This document shows, piece after piece, positions 16,746 to 26,600 of a stretch of 54,203 nucleotides of DNA. The first letter of the stretch is position 1. Each line of letters opens with the position of its first letter. A program made the translations under genes and the position numbers. The DNA is taken from positions 1-54,203 of IMG/VR virus record IMGVR_UViG_3300020428_000014. One strand, 5' to 3'. The stretch is from a virus. Taxonomy: Duplodnaviria > Caudoviricetes. Below the pieces are notes generated by a model. The model saw only the letters and a program-made list of their open reading frames with translations. It made no database searches and was not told the origin of the DNA.

Positions 16746-16942
16746 TGCCAGCCAAAAAGACTTACTATCAGTACACTGTGTGGATGCCATTGCATACACC
16801 TTGTAACGGCACTATTTCAGCAAGATCCCGAGCTGATGCAGAAAAGTACCTGACCACAAGGTTTCAATATTCTGATGCCAAGTTTAAGGTTCACGGGCGA
16901 GCCAAGAATGCCGCCGACGTTAGTAGGCGGAACTTAAAATGA
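16745..16942 (+). CDS. Hypothetical protein
   Basis: TAATG coupling to the sigma gene. Confidence 0.6.
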   Translation: MPAKKTYYQYTVWMPLHTPCNGTISARSRADAEKYLTTRFQYSDAKFKVHGRAKNAADVSRRNLK

Positions 16943-17226
16943 TTACTTACACACGCAAAATGGTTGACCTCCCATCCATCAAGTGGAAACTTGAACAAGT
17001 GTCTAAATCACTTGCGCAAGCGAAAGATATGTACGAAAAAGCAAAGTGCCAGCTGGGTGATGCGATGTGTCCCTCAGAGGCAAGACACGCTATGTTCAGT
17101 GTTCACAACCTCGCGCAGGTCGTGGGAAGCCTTGAGTCAGAAAAAGAGAAACTAGTATCTACATTACAAGCTGAGTCTAAGTTGAATGAGATTTCATTAG
17201 CTGAGGGCAATGATGTTAATTACTGA
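16939..17226 (+). CDS. Hypothetical coiled-coil protein
   Basis: ATGA overlap; heptad-like pattern. Confidence 0.6.
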   Translation: MITYTRKMVDLPSIKWKLEQVSKSLAQAKDMYEKAKCQLGDAMCPSEARHAMFSVHNLAQVVGSLESEKEKLVSTLQAESKLNEISLAEGNDVNY

Positions 17227-17263
17227 TCAATTTAACTAAACTTAAGCACCATGTTTGTTAGCG

Positions 17264-17779
17264 ATGATTCTTTGCGATACGGAAATCTCTGAGATATGTA
17301 GAGCTGGTGCGATAACACCATTTCTGCCTGAGTTGGTCAACCCTGCTTCGCTTGATGTGAGGCTAGGTCATGAGTTGATGATCGAGAGTGCTGAGTCCGA
17401 TGAATACAAGCGATATCCCCTTGCTGGCCATACAGAAGCCGACCCTTACGAACTTGTCCCGGGTCAGTTTGTTCTAGCCCCTACGATCGAAGTCTTTCAG
17501 CTGCCTAACAACGTGGCTTGTGAGTTTCGGCTAAAAAGCAGCAGAGCTAGAGAAGGGCTTGACAATGCCCTTGCAATGTGGATTGACCCTGGATTCTCGG
17601 GGTCTGTACTCACAATGGAATTACGGAATAACCGTCAGTTACGGACCATTAAAGTCTGGCCTGGTATGCGAATTGGGCAGCTTGTGTTTCACCGAATGAG
17701 CAAACTCCCTTCAATCGCTTACAACGTTATCGGACGCTATAACAACGACCTTAGAGTCACACAAAGTAAAGGTCATTAA
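17264..17779 (+). CDS. dcd: dCTP deaminase
   Basis: VNPASLDVRLG, KSSRAREG, IDPGFSGSVLTMEL and GMRIGQLVF motifs. Confidence 0.93.
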   Translation: MILCDTEISEICRAGAITPFLPELVNPASLDVRLGHELMIESAESDEYKRYPLAGHTEADPYELVPGQFVLAPTIEVFQLPNNVACEFRLKSSRAREGLDNALAMWIDPGFSGSVLTMELRNNRQLRTIKVWPGMRIGQLVFHRMSKLPSIAYNVIGRYNNDLRVTQSKGH

Positions 17780-17805
17780 ATTTATCAAACTCGCAAAACT
17801 CCAAC

Positions 17806-18051
17806 TTGTCAACTAAAGATTTCGCCTATCAGCTCTCGACTGAAGAACAGTTTGAAAAAGAGATAATGACTCGTGTAATTGATGAATGCACAGATGTCGA
17901 AAGACTCCAAGAGGTTGCAAAGATACAACTAAACCATGCTTTCCAGCTGCAAGCAGCTCTAGACGAAGTGACAGTTTTTGCCCGGAAAGCGGTAACACAT
18001 GCCGGGAAAGCGATAGCAACACTCAAAGCCAACCAACGCAAGTGTAACTGA
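17806..18051 (+). CDS. NblA-like phycobilisome degradation protein 1 (divergent)
   Basis: LSTEEQFEKEIMTRVIDECTDVERLQEVAK fits the NblA L(S/T)xEQxF helix-loop-helix pattern; paralogous to the next gene. Confidence 0.6.
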   Translation: MSTKDFAYQLSTEEQFEKEIMTRVIDECTDVERLQEVAKIQLNHAFQLQAALDEVTVFARKAVTHAGKAIATLKANQRKCN

Positions 18052-18062
18052 CTTTATTAGCC

Positions 18063-18266
18063 TTGGAAAAACACAACTTCTCAATGGAAAAGAATCCTCT
18101 TCAGATGTCTACTAGTCAACAGTTTGAGCTGGAGAGGTATTGTCGTGCAATTGATGATTGCACAAGTGTCAACATGCTCCAAGAGACTGCGAAGGAATGC
18201 CTCAAGGGGTTCTTCATGCAGCGAGCAGCAGTGCAATGGATACTTCGAGATGTCATGCCGGAATGA
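18063..18266 (+). CDS. nblA: NblA-like phycobilisome degradation protein 2
   Basis: MSTSQQFELERYCRAIDDCTSVNMLQETAKECLKGFFMQRAAVQWILR resembles picocyanobacterial NblA; the start may be ATG 18084. Confidence 0.75.
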   Translation: MEKHNFSMEKNPLQMSTSQQFELERYCRAIDDCTSVNMLQETAKECLKGFFMQRAAVQWILRDVMPE

Positions 18267-18439
18267 TGATTGACGATAACTTAAGACCAACACTTGTTGT
18301 CGTTATTGACGAGGATGGAACGCCAGTGTTTGAGTGCTCAGGGGCGGGGCTCAGAGTGCGGCACCCACAGGAATGGCAGGCCATAGCTATACTCCGTCAG
18401 CTTTATGTCTCCAAAGGCCTCCGGTGGCCTTGCCCATAG
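18263..18439 (+). CDS. Cyanophage-type hypothetical protein
   Basis: ATGA overlap with the nblA-like gene; PTL..V...G....RH.QEWQA motif. Confidence 0.6.
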   Translation: MMIDDNLRPTLVVVIDEDGTPVFECSGAGLRVRHPQEWQAIAILRQLYVSKGLRWPCP

Positions 18440-18757
18440 CTCTTCTAGGGAGACGTTCAACATATATCGCATTAGCTTTTTCGCACGCTCAACGTCCCAG
18501 CAAGGGTGTTGTGTCCAGAACTCCCACAGTTCTCGGTGACCCTTCTGCCTGTTATGAAGCGAGCAACAAGGCGCAAGGTTGTAATCGATGGTGAGGCCCC
18601 CATTCTTTTTTGCTACTAGGTGGTCTAATGTTATGTGTTCAAACTTCTCTCCGCATATGTAACACCTGCTGTCCCAGGTCTCGATAATCTTCTTTCGGAA
18701 GCGCTGCTTTGTAATTTTGCGTGTAACTAGTTCGCTGCCCTCAATGTGATGCTTCAC
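18338..18757 (-). CDS. HNH endonuclease
   Basis: RCYICG...TLDHLVAKKNGG...NLAPCC..HNRQKG; likely GTG start at 18757. Confidence 0.85.
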   Translation of the reverse strand: MKHHIEGSELVTRKITKQRFRKKIIETWDSRCYICGEKFEHITLDHLVAKKNGGLTIDYNLAPCCSLHNRQKGHRELWEFWTQHPCWDVERAKKLMRYMLNVSLEELWARPPEAFGDIKLTEYSYGLPFLWVPHSEPRP

Positions 18758-18938
18758 TGGCTTCTGGGAGAAAGTATGGAGTAATGGAGTAATCAAGGAG
18801 ATATTCAGATGAGCGAGCCATCTCTTCAACCCTTGAAGCCATGTTTTGTGCCACCTGATCTATATCGCCAGGACCTTTTTCGTGTACATCTCCGTCAACG
18901 ATGACGATGGCATGCATATGCACCACATATCGACTCAC
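18741..18938 (-). CDS. Hypothetical protein
   Basis: MSRYVVHMHAIVIVD..., directly downstream of the lysin. Confidence 0.55.
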   Translation of the reverse strand: MSRYVVHMHAIVIVDGDVHEKGPGDIDQVAQNMASRVEEMARSSEYLLDYSITPYFLPEASEASH

Positions 18939-18940
18939 TG

Positions 18941-20089
18941 TTATCTCCTTACCGAAATCATCCAGCCAGTCCTGGGGCCATCTGGCATCCACCTAGCCAA
19001 GAAGTTCTTTTTAGTGTATTGAATACCACAACCATTAGTGTGATTTAAATACCCGCCATTGACCATATCCGCTTCGCCATATGGATCATGCATGACGTAG
19101 GAACCTGTCTCCTCATCTATTCCAATACAGGCACACCAGTGGCCGAAGCCCCGTGGGAGGCCCACATGCCCCTTGTGGAGCCATCCAAGTGCTACAGGGT
19201 GCCCTGACCTGAGTTCAGCCTCCAGGGTTCTCTGATACGCCGCTGAGTCGAATCTGGCGGTAAGACCAAGGGAACGGAGTGCTTCAAGGTGTGCATTGAC
19301 TTCAACAGTGTCGCCGAATTGCTCGCGAACTAAGTTGTAGTCTTCGTCATTAGCTACTTTCCCGTGATAACGAGCCAACATACCGCAAGAACTCGACAGA
19401 CATTCCCGATACGACTCTGGCCCGTTGTCGTGTTGTGTTTCATAGGCTACCTTCAGGAGCACACTGTTTGCTGGGTAACCCCAAAGCTGCCCCTCTGCTT
19501 TTCGACGGCGCCGCAGGCCAACTTCGGCTGAGCTCCCTGGATTTACATAGAGACCCATGATTCGCGGCATTGCGTCATAGTCTTTCTCTCTCAAAGCGCG
19601 ACTAATAGTTTCAAAACCTTCTCGGTCGTAAAAGTGCCACCCGACGTTGTAAGCAAAGCTGACGAGTGCTGCCTTACGTTCAGGCGTCAACTTTCTCCAA
19701 TGCGGGATGTTTCCTGATAGCGACCTGACTACATGCGTTTCAATCGTATTAGCTAAAAGCGTTTCTGCCTGCGGCTTGGTGATTCTGTCACCTCTGCGTA
19801 CTTTGCTGTTGTCATCCCAGTGGGTTGACCCAAATCCAATCGCGTATGGCTCAGACTTTGTGATCGGGTCTACATAAGCCTCGCTGCTAAATCCTTCCCA
19901 CTCCTTGATCAGCTCAATAGCTTTGTCTAAGGAATACCCTTGCTTGGGTTCTGGCCCTGCGTTGAAGATGCTATAAAACTCCTTCTGTTGTTCGCCTGTT
20001 AGCTGTTGCCAGGCCCAACTCCAAGCTGCTGACTGATGTGGCGTTGCTTCGCGGTTGGTTGCCTTGGCCGCGGCCAAAAAATCTTTCAT
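18941..20089 (-). CDS. Endolysin: GH24 lysozyme plus C39-like peptidase domain
   Basis: LIKEWEGF..AYVDP...IGFGST, ALVSFAYNVG, GLRRRRKAE; then ECLSSSCGM...GHW...HDPYG. Start ATG 20089 overlaps the upstream stop. Confidence 0.88.
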   Translation of the reverse strand: MKDFLAAAKATNREATPHQSAAWSWAWQQLTGEQQKEFYSIFNAGPEPKQGYSLDKAIELIKEWEGFSSEAYVDPITKSEPYAIGFGSTHWDDNSKVRRGDRITKPQAETLLANTIETHVVRSLSGNIPHWRKLTPERKAALVSFAYNVGWHFYDREGFETISRALREKDYDAMPRIMGLYVNPGSSAEVGLRRRRKAEGQLWGYPANSVLLKVAYETQHDNGPESYRECLSSSCGMLARYHGKVANDEDYNLVREQFGDTVEVNAHLEALRSLGLTARFDSAAYQRTLEAELRSGHPVALGWLHKGHVGLPRGFGHWCACIGIDEETGSYVMHDPYGEADMVNGGYLNHTNGCGIQYTKKNFLARWMPDGPRTGWMISVRR

Positions 20090-20343
20090 GTTTTGCGTTG
20101 ATTCGCACTGACTCTTGGCTGCGAGGCTGGAGCCTTTGAAGGCAATTTGCCCGATGGGTAGAACAGGGCTGTTACGACGTACCAACGCTCGATGCATGTG
20201 TTGTGTTGTCGTGGCCCTAGCCACCAGTTGGGTATCTCGCAGCTCCCAACAAACCCTACTGAGAAAACTATCTGCCCTAAGAGCATCATCCCGCTTCCAG
20301 TTGCAATTACCGACTGCGGATTCGCTTTTGATCGACTTGTCAT
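20086..20343 (-). CDS. Membrane protein, holin candidate
   Basis: Hydrophobic segments; immediately upstream of the endolysin. Confidence 0.5.
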   Translation of the reverse strand: MTSRSKANPQSVIATGSGMMLLGQIVFSVGFVGSCEIPNWWLGPRQHNTCIERWYVVTALFYPSGKLPSKAPASQPRVSANQRKT

Positions 20344-20582
20344 TGCCTGCCTTCAATAGATGCCAGTCGTTGCTCAAGATGGCTGATACGACCAAACAAT
20401 TCAGCGCGATCCTCACGCATCTCTGTCCGCATAAGGGAAACTTCACCCGCTATGTGCTCAACTGCTGCTGTAAGCCTGATTACAGACTCGGACGACTTGT
20501 TGTTTTTATTCAGAAGCGCCCCAGCTCCAGTAGACGCGATACCTACAGCCGCGCCAATTGTGGCAGCAATGATTTCAACCAA
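20340..20582 (-). CDS. N-terminal TM plus coiled-coil protein, lysis-associated candidate
   Basis: MVEIIAATIGAAVG TM segment, then RLTAAVEHIA...RISHLEQRLA; AGGAGG RBS. Confidence 0.6.
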   Translation of the reverse strand: MVEIIAATIGAAVGIASTGAGALLNKNNKSSESVIRLTAAVEHIAGEVSLMRTEMREDRAELFGRISHLEQRLASIEGRQ

Positions 20583-20607
20583 TGCTGCCTCCTACGTACA
20601 AACTAGT

Positions 20608-20865
20608 CTATGCAGGCTGTGTTTCGTTAAATCCGACTGGTCCTTTGCTCGCCTCCAGTTCTCTGTAAAATTCTGGATTGGACTCTTCGTCTGGATATTC
20701 GGCCTCATTGATTTTGATCGTTATATTCTCAACTTCTGACAATTCACGATCGTCATTGAGCAGAAAATATCTGCGGCCTAGGGGAACAGTGTATTCCGGG
20801 TTAGCAATACCCTTTCCCCACCAGAGGTCTTCTCCGGTCAGCTCGTAGCGATAGAGTGTTTTCAT
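20608..20865 (-). CDS. Acidic hypothetical protein, possible fibre chaperone
   Basis: TAATG coupling to the RCC1-repeat gene. Confidence 0.55.
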   Translation of the reverse strand: MKTLYRYELTGEDLWWGKGIANPEYTVPLGRRYFLLNDDRELSEVENITIKINEAEYPDEESNPEFYRELEASKGPVGFNETQPA

Positions 20866-23630
20866 TAGCCGAAGTTGACGTATCTCGTCATAGGGTACAT
20901 ATAAACATAATTATTGTAATTGTTGTCGATGTAAGACATACTGCCAGTTTCGCCTGTCCAGTAGCTCATCCCTGATGTTCCAACGTAGACGTAATTAATC
21001 CCGCCGTGTACATCTCCACTGTTCGCCCATTGCCAATCCATGCAGGGCTCTGGCAAAGACATGATGGGCGTGAACAAATCAGAAACTCCGATGCCGCCGC
21101 CAAATTTTTGGATTGCAACATCACCATCTGGCACAATGCCTGGGCCCATCCCACCGGGGTCGTAGCCCGTGTAATACACCGCCCCCTCACCAGTTACCAG
21201 TACGACCGTGCCTTGCGTGCCATTCATGGACACATTGCCACTGATTGACCTGACGTTGAAATGGAATCTTGCCTTGGTTGTATTCTGACCTGCAGAGAGA
21301 GGTGGGTCTATGTTTGCGCCTGTAAGTTCCTCATACGTAACGTCCGATAATGCCTGGTGGCTAGTGATCCCATAGTCTCTGAACTGGATCTCAGCGGGAG
21401 TGTAATCATTGAGTCCGCTAGCGTCAGGGATTGTTGTCGTTTGACGGCCTAGCAATCCATTTGTGTTGTTCCCCCAGCTAAATACCTTACTAGGTCCATT
21501 CAATGCCTGGGTAATAACGCCGCCATCGGCCTCTGGAGTAGCATTAGACCACACTTTTGTGACTGCAAAAACGGATGAGTTCCGCCCACCTGTTACAAAC
21601 AGCTGTATGACTTTTCGAGGGATACTACCGTTAGACTCATAGTCGTTAATTCCCGTTCCGCCAGTAGTTGGGCTTGAGCCATTTTGGTATGTATTAGTAA
21701 CGAGAGTCGGATAAAGGAGTTTACTGCTCGCCGTTGCGCTATGAACACCTGTGAATTTGCCGTATTCACGGTTGTCCCCTGACGAATAGACAAAACCATC
21801 TCCAGTCAAGTAATAAGTATGCCCATGGAGAATACCGTGAGTATGCTCGTGGCTTGCATTACCTGAGCCTATGACATGTACGATAGGCTTGTTATAAAGT
21901 GGATTGTTTGAGTCGGTCGTGAGGCAGACTGGAGTAGCCTTATCAACCTGGGTTCCATCCCCTAGCTCACCACTTGCATTGTATCCCCACACCCAAAGCC
22001 TGCCTTGATCGTCAATCGCAAATGCTGATGCTTGAGCGCCGCCGTACGAATGTACATAGGTGATTTTGACGTTTAGCGCACTTGGGAAAGAAATCTTTAG
22101 CGGCTTATAGCTACTCGTTGTGGACCCATTGCCTAGTTGCCCGTTAGCATTGTAGCCCCATGTCCACAGGTCACCGTCTACAGTAAGGGCATAATATGAT
22201 CTACGCCCATAGTTATTAGTTGAAGCATACCAGGTCGTGCTAGTGGTATGCCCATCACTTATCCGTGAATTGGTGATGAACGTAAATCTGGGGTATGAGG
22301 CAGGTGATAATGCGATACTGACACTTGGGTTGTTTGGGTCTAGTTCCCAAAGCTTTACAGGCCTAGCCGCACGGGTCTCTACAGCCCCCTGGGAGCCATA
22401 CCCTGATCCGCCATTATCATCATTGCCTGCGTAGTATAAACGCCCGCTGTTGGTTATAAAGTGCCAATCAAACCCGTTATATGCAACTTCTACAATCTTT
22501 TCATCAGTGAAGGCGAAGCCAGCTGACCACGGCTCAGGATATGTATTTAAATACTGCTGGCCCTCATATAGTAAATCCCGTTGAAGTGCAGCAGTAGGCT
22601 CTTCGGAGTAGTTAAGGTCATTTAGGGTATCGGTGTTTATTGAATCAAAGGGGTTAGTGTGAGCGACCCCTGAAAGATACCTATTGACATTGCGTTCACG
22701 CCGGATAACAGCGCGGACATTTTGGGATGCAGTCGTATTCTGAACTGAGCCATGGGGGAACCATGCAGCTGCTTGTCCATATCCAGCATGGTCTTCGCCA
22801 CTCATAAATACGTCGCCAGAACGAGTCAAGATTGGAGTCGGTCCGCTCCACATACACGCGGAAATGTATCTGTTCCCAACACCGATGCTTCCTTTGACCT
22901 CACCACTTAATACCTCTGACCACCATGATTGATGGGTCTGGTATAAAGTTTGCCCACCGGGAGTTCCTGACGGGCATTCACTAAACGGTCCATAGCGGTA
23001 CGGATTAATCGTCCTGTAATTCATGGCGCTAGCGCCGATGCCATACCAAATCCGATAGTCAAGCTTGTTGATGTCTTGGCTTAGCTTTGCTGGGGTGATT
23101 GCCCCATCTTGAATGTGGACGGTCTGAATGGAATTATCAGCTACTGATGCCGTTGCAGTTTCACCCCAGACTGTGCCGTCATAGATTTCAAGTCGACTGA
23201 GCTGGTTATTAAAACGCAACTGCCCTGTCGCCAAGTCTGCCCCTGTAGGCCGTTGCGCTGTGGTCCCGGTAGGCACAGTCAGCGCCCCAGTCCCTACGAC
23301 TTTGAAGTAGTCGCCATTATGCGTATACACACCTCGCGACTTAGGGCTGTTGTCGTACTCTTCAATTGAGCGTACTTTTTGCCAGGCAGCCCCGTCGTAA
23401 ATACGCAAGACAGCTGGTGTAGCACTGTTGTCAGCCCAGAACTGATTAATGGCCGGCGTTGTTGGTGCTGTTCCACCGACAGTAGCTCCCCAAACAGGAG
23501 AAGTAGGGCCTGTATTGTTTTTCGCTATTGCCTCAAAGGCATCATTGATTTGTGTCCTAACAACAAAACCTGAACCGTTGTCAACATGCAATTGATGCTG
23601 TTTGTCAGTGTTGCTGCTCATGGCGCTCAA
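20865..23630 (-). CDS. Tail fibre/receptor-binding protein with RCC1-like repeats
   Basis: Fibre-type N-terminus (VRTQINDAFEAI, PTGTTAQRP, GQLRFN); repeats LWTWGYNANGQLG, LWVWGYNASGELG, VFSWGNNTNGLLG; follows gpJ. Confidence 0.8.
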   Translation of the reverse strand: MSAMSSNTDKQHQLHVDNGSGFVVRTQINDAFEAIAKNNTGPTSPVWGATVGGTAPTTPAINQFWADNSATPAVLRIYDGAAWQKVRSIEEYDNSPKSRGVYTHNGDYFKVVGTGALTVPTGTTAQRPTGADLATGQLRFNNQLSRLEIYDGTVWGETATASVADNSIQTVHIQDGAITPAKLSQDINKLDYRIWYGIGASAMNYRTINPYRYGPFSECPSGTPGGQTLYQTHQSWWSEVLSGEVKGSIGVGNRYISACMWSGPTPILTRSGDVFMSGEDHAGYGQAAAWFPHGSVQNTTASQNVRAVIRRERNVNRYLSGVAHTNPFDSINTDTLNDLNYSEEPTAALQRDLLYEGQQYLNTYPEPWSAGFAFTDEKIVEVAYNGFDWHFITNSGRLYYAGNDDNGGSGYGSQGAVETRAARPVKLWELDPNNPSVSIALSPASYPRFTFITNSRISDGHTTSTTWYASTNNYGRRSYYALTVDGDLWTWGYNANGQLGNGSTTSSYKPLKISFPSALNVKITYVHSYGGAQASAFAIDDQGRLWVWGYNASGELGDGTQVDKATPVCLTTDSNNPLYNKPIVHVIGSGNASHEHTHGILHGHTYYLTGDGFVYSSGDNREYGKFTGVHSATASSKLLYPTLVTNTYQNGSSPTTGGTGINDYESNGSIPRKVIQLFVTGGRNSSVFAVTKVWSNATPEADGGVITQALNGPSKVFSWGNNTNGLLGRQTTTIPDASGLNDYTPAEIQFRDYGITSHQALSDVTYEELTGANIDPPLSAGQNTTKARFHFNVRSISGNVSMNGTQGTVVLVTGEGAVYYTGYDPGGMGPGIVPDGDVAIQKFGGGIGVSDLFTPIMSLPEPCMDWQWANSGDVHGGINYVYVGTSGMSYWTGETGSMSYIDNNYNNYVYMYPMTRYVNFG

Positions 23631-26600
23631 GCTTTGTTTTTCCCGTAACCCGATGCTACATATCTAATTTCTGCTGTGGCTGAAGAAGCGGTAACCATGA
23701 AGCGACCACGCTCAACACTTGTCAATGTCACGGTGCTTGAGTCAAGCAGAATTACTGTTGGTGGTATGTAGAATCCATAACTAAAGTCTAGCCATTGTGT
23801 CGCTCCAGCTGTTAATCCTGGAGTCTGAACTACTACTACACCTGTTTCCCTTCTCGCTAGTTTCAGCTTGATAGTGCATTCATTTACCGTTGTCCGACTG
23901 GACCCGACTCCATCCTTTCGGATTAGCTGAAGTAATGTTGGGTATCCCCGTTGTGCTAACTGACGGTCTATCCTCCCTTGAAGCGTATCGTAGGAATCGA
24001 TCTCCAGCCATAAGTAATATGTATGACCTGAAACAAGTGTTGTAATTCCACTTCTCTGTGCCCCTGTTATGCCTTGAAATCCTATATTCACAAGGGAGTC
24101 CAACTTATGTAAGCCTGTTTCAATCCTTGATTTTTGGGTATCCTTGCTATCGAAATACATCCAATTATCTATCGCCAACTCCGGGTCGATGTTGTCGACC
24201 TCGATAGCGCCATGCTGTCCTGTCGTTACCGTTTGCTCAAACGCGAAATCCCAGGTTCCTGCTGTTGGTTCAAATGTAAGGTCGCTAGTAAACAATCCGG
24301 TTTTTGGAGAGGCTCCCATGAGATCAATGTTCCCATTGGAATCCATTGTGCCGTTTGTATCAAATATTTTAGCCTGCCCTACAATCATCAGTCCTCCACT
24401 TGGCGCCTTAGAAGGATCAACCCCAAGCCTCCAGTACTTTCCACTCCATTTCCTAGCTAAAGGCGTGTCTACGACCTCCAGGGTTGGGTGGCCGGGAAAC
24501 AACTTCTTGGTTCCATTTGGTAAGTCGAATTCAGCAACAGTCAGCAGGCGCTCGTCCATCCTGGCGAGTGTCTCGATCGTCGCCACGGCTGGATTGGCAC
24601 TTACTCTTCCGCCGTCATCTTCAAAACATACTAAGTACGTTTGTGCATCAGCGCTTGCAGGAATTTGAATTGTAGTCGCCGCTCCATTAGCCGTTGCAAC
24701 CAATACTGATTCTTCCCAGACGTTTGCGGCTGACGTAGCCTTGTGGATACGTACATGACCGCCATTAATTACATCGAGATCAATACTTTCGTCCCAGCTT
24801 AGTTCGACTATTCTTATGGCTGTTGCGTCGCTATCTTCGGTTACCCTGTCAGTCACTACAACTGCTGCCGAAAGTTTCTCTACATCGAGCGGTGGTTCTG
24901 TTTTGCCGTAAGTCGTTATCGTAGCTGATGCATAGTTTGCCGACTGGAACAGCCCAGAACTAACAGCAAATACTCTTATCTCATATATCTCCCCTACCGC
25001 TATTTCTGTGATCTCACATGAAGGGCTCGCGACTTCAGTTAAGTCCCAATTGGCACCTTCCTGCCTATACATGACTCGATATCGCTGAGCTCCCTCCACT
25101 GCTTCCCAACTCGCGCAAATCTTCGTTTTAACTCGATTCTCATTACCTATGTAAAACTTCTCAACTAGTGTTAACCCACTTGGAGACTCAGGCTCCGGTG
25201 ACATCGTAAATACCACTCTCTCCTGTAGAGGTTCACTTGCTTCTATATGTGCGTATTTTGAAGAGTCATGGGCCATCGCTGTGATCCCATAGACGCCGTC
25301 ATCTTCCTCAATTACGGACAGCACACGCCATTTTGAACCCTCGGTAACTCCGCCTGCCTCCTCAAGTGCGTACGGGACTCCTACGACTGGCCATTCTTCA
25401 GATTCCAAATCTTGGATGTCAACGACTACCGTCGCCGCCCTATTTGCTTCTGCATGAGGGAATGTCATTGGTGGGCACATGACACCTCTTACAGGCCGAC
25501 TCCTTACCATCCCGCCTCTAGTTACGTAGGTAAACTTATCAAACGTGGCATCCTGCGGAATGTCCCCAGAAATAGAGACTAAAGCGCTCACAGGTAGAGA
25601 GTTCATAATTGTGCCCTGATCCTCCCCTCTTGCTATCATTAGCACTCGCCCGCTGCTGACTTGCCCTGTTTTGGTTTGATCGGCAATCGTAATTATTGAG
25701 CCAGGTCGCACGACAGTACCTGGCCCAATTGATGTTTTGAACTCACAGATTTCTGACTCTGCGGATTCCGTATAGAGTAACCACCTAGCCAGCCTCCTGG
25801 CTTGTGTACGAGATGTGCAGCAAAATGCCTTGATCTCTGTCTGGATGACTCCCCACTTTCTTACTCCGTCTTGGTCCTCTGCTACTACATAATCGACCTG
25901 ACGTAAATCCATATTGAAGTAACTAACGGTTACTACCGTATGGCGTGTCTTCTGACTGGCGTTTCTATAGAGAAATCCCTCTTGTAATACGTTGTCACTA
26001 TTGAATAGAAAGGTCGAGTCTCTCGGTCGATCCTGACTTATCTGAATGCTGCCAGTTGACCAGTAGGCCATGCAGCGGAATACTGATGACAGATCATTGA
26101 TGAGTTTGTAAGCAGAGTCTGCATTCCTGAGCACACCATTACAGGAGAACCTGGGTTCCGTCTCAGTGCTGCCATCGCCTTTGTTTATTAGCTCGCAACA
26201 GTATTTGCTGGCCTCAAAAAAGCTCCAGCGGTCTAACTGCGCCAACTGGATGTGATCGCCAAATCCGAATGTCCTGTTGGTAAGCAGCTCCAGCAATAGC
26301 ATGCTTGGGCATGTTGTCCATTGTGGAACTTGAAAAGTACCGTCCCAAATGAAGTTTTCTGGATAGATTATCCTGCCATTGTCCTGGTCAACAGTTGTGC
26401 CAGTGGGGATTGGTACTTTGATCCCACGGATTTTGAATGACCGATTCGGTACTGCCCCGAATTCACTTGCATCTACTCTTGTCGCTACTAAAGCTGAGTT
26501 TGGGTATCGCAGCCGCTGATTGACGATATGGGTGATAACAGTCCAAAAAAACTCATCCTGTGTATTCTCGTCTGTTGCGTCATCTGTTACCCTCTCGACC

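Noticed and set aside
20090-20446. N-terminal extension of the endolysin in the ORF track
   Set aside because: It overlaps two better-supported membrane-protein genes; ATG 20089 is coupled to the upstream stop
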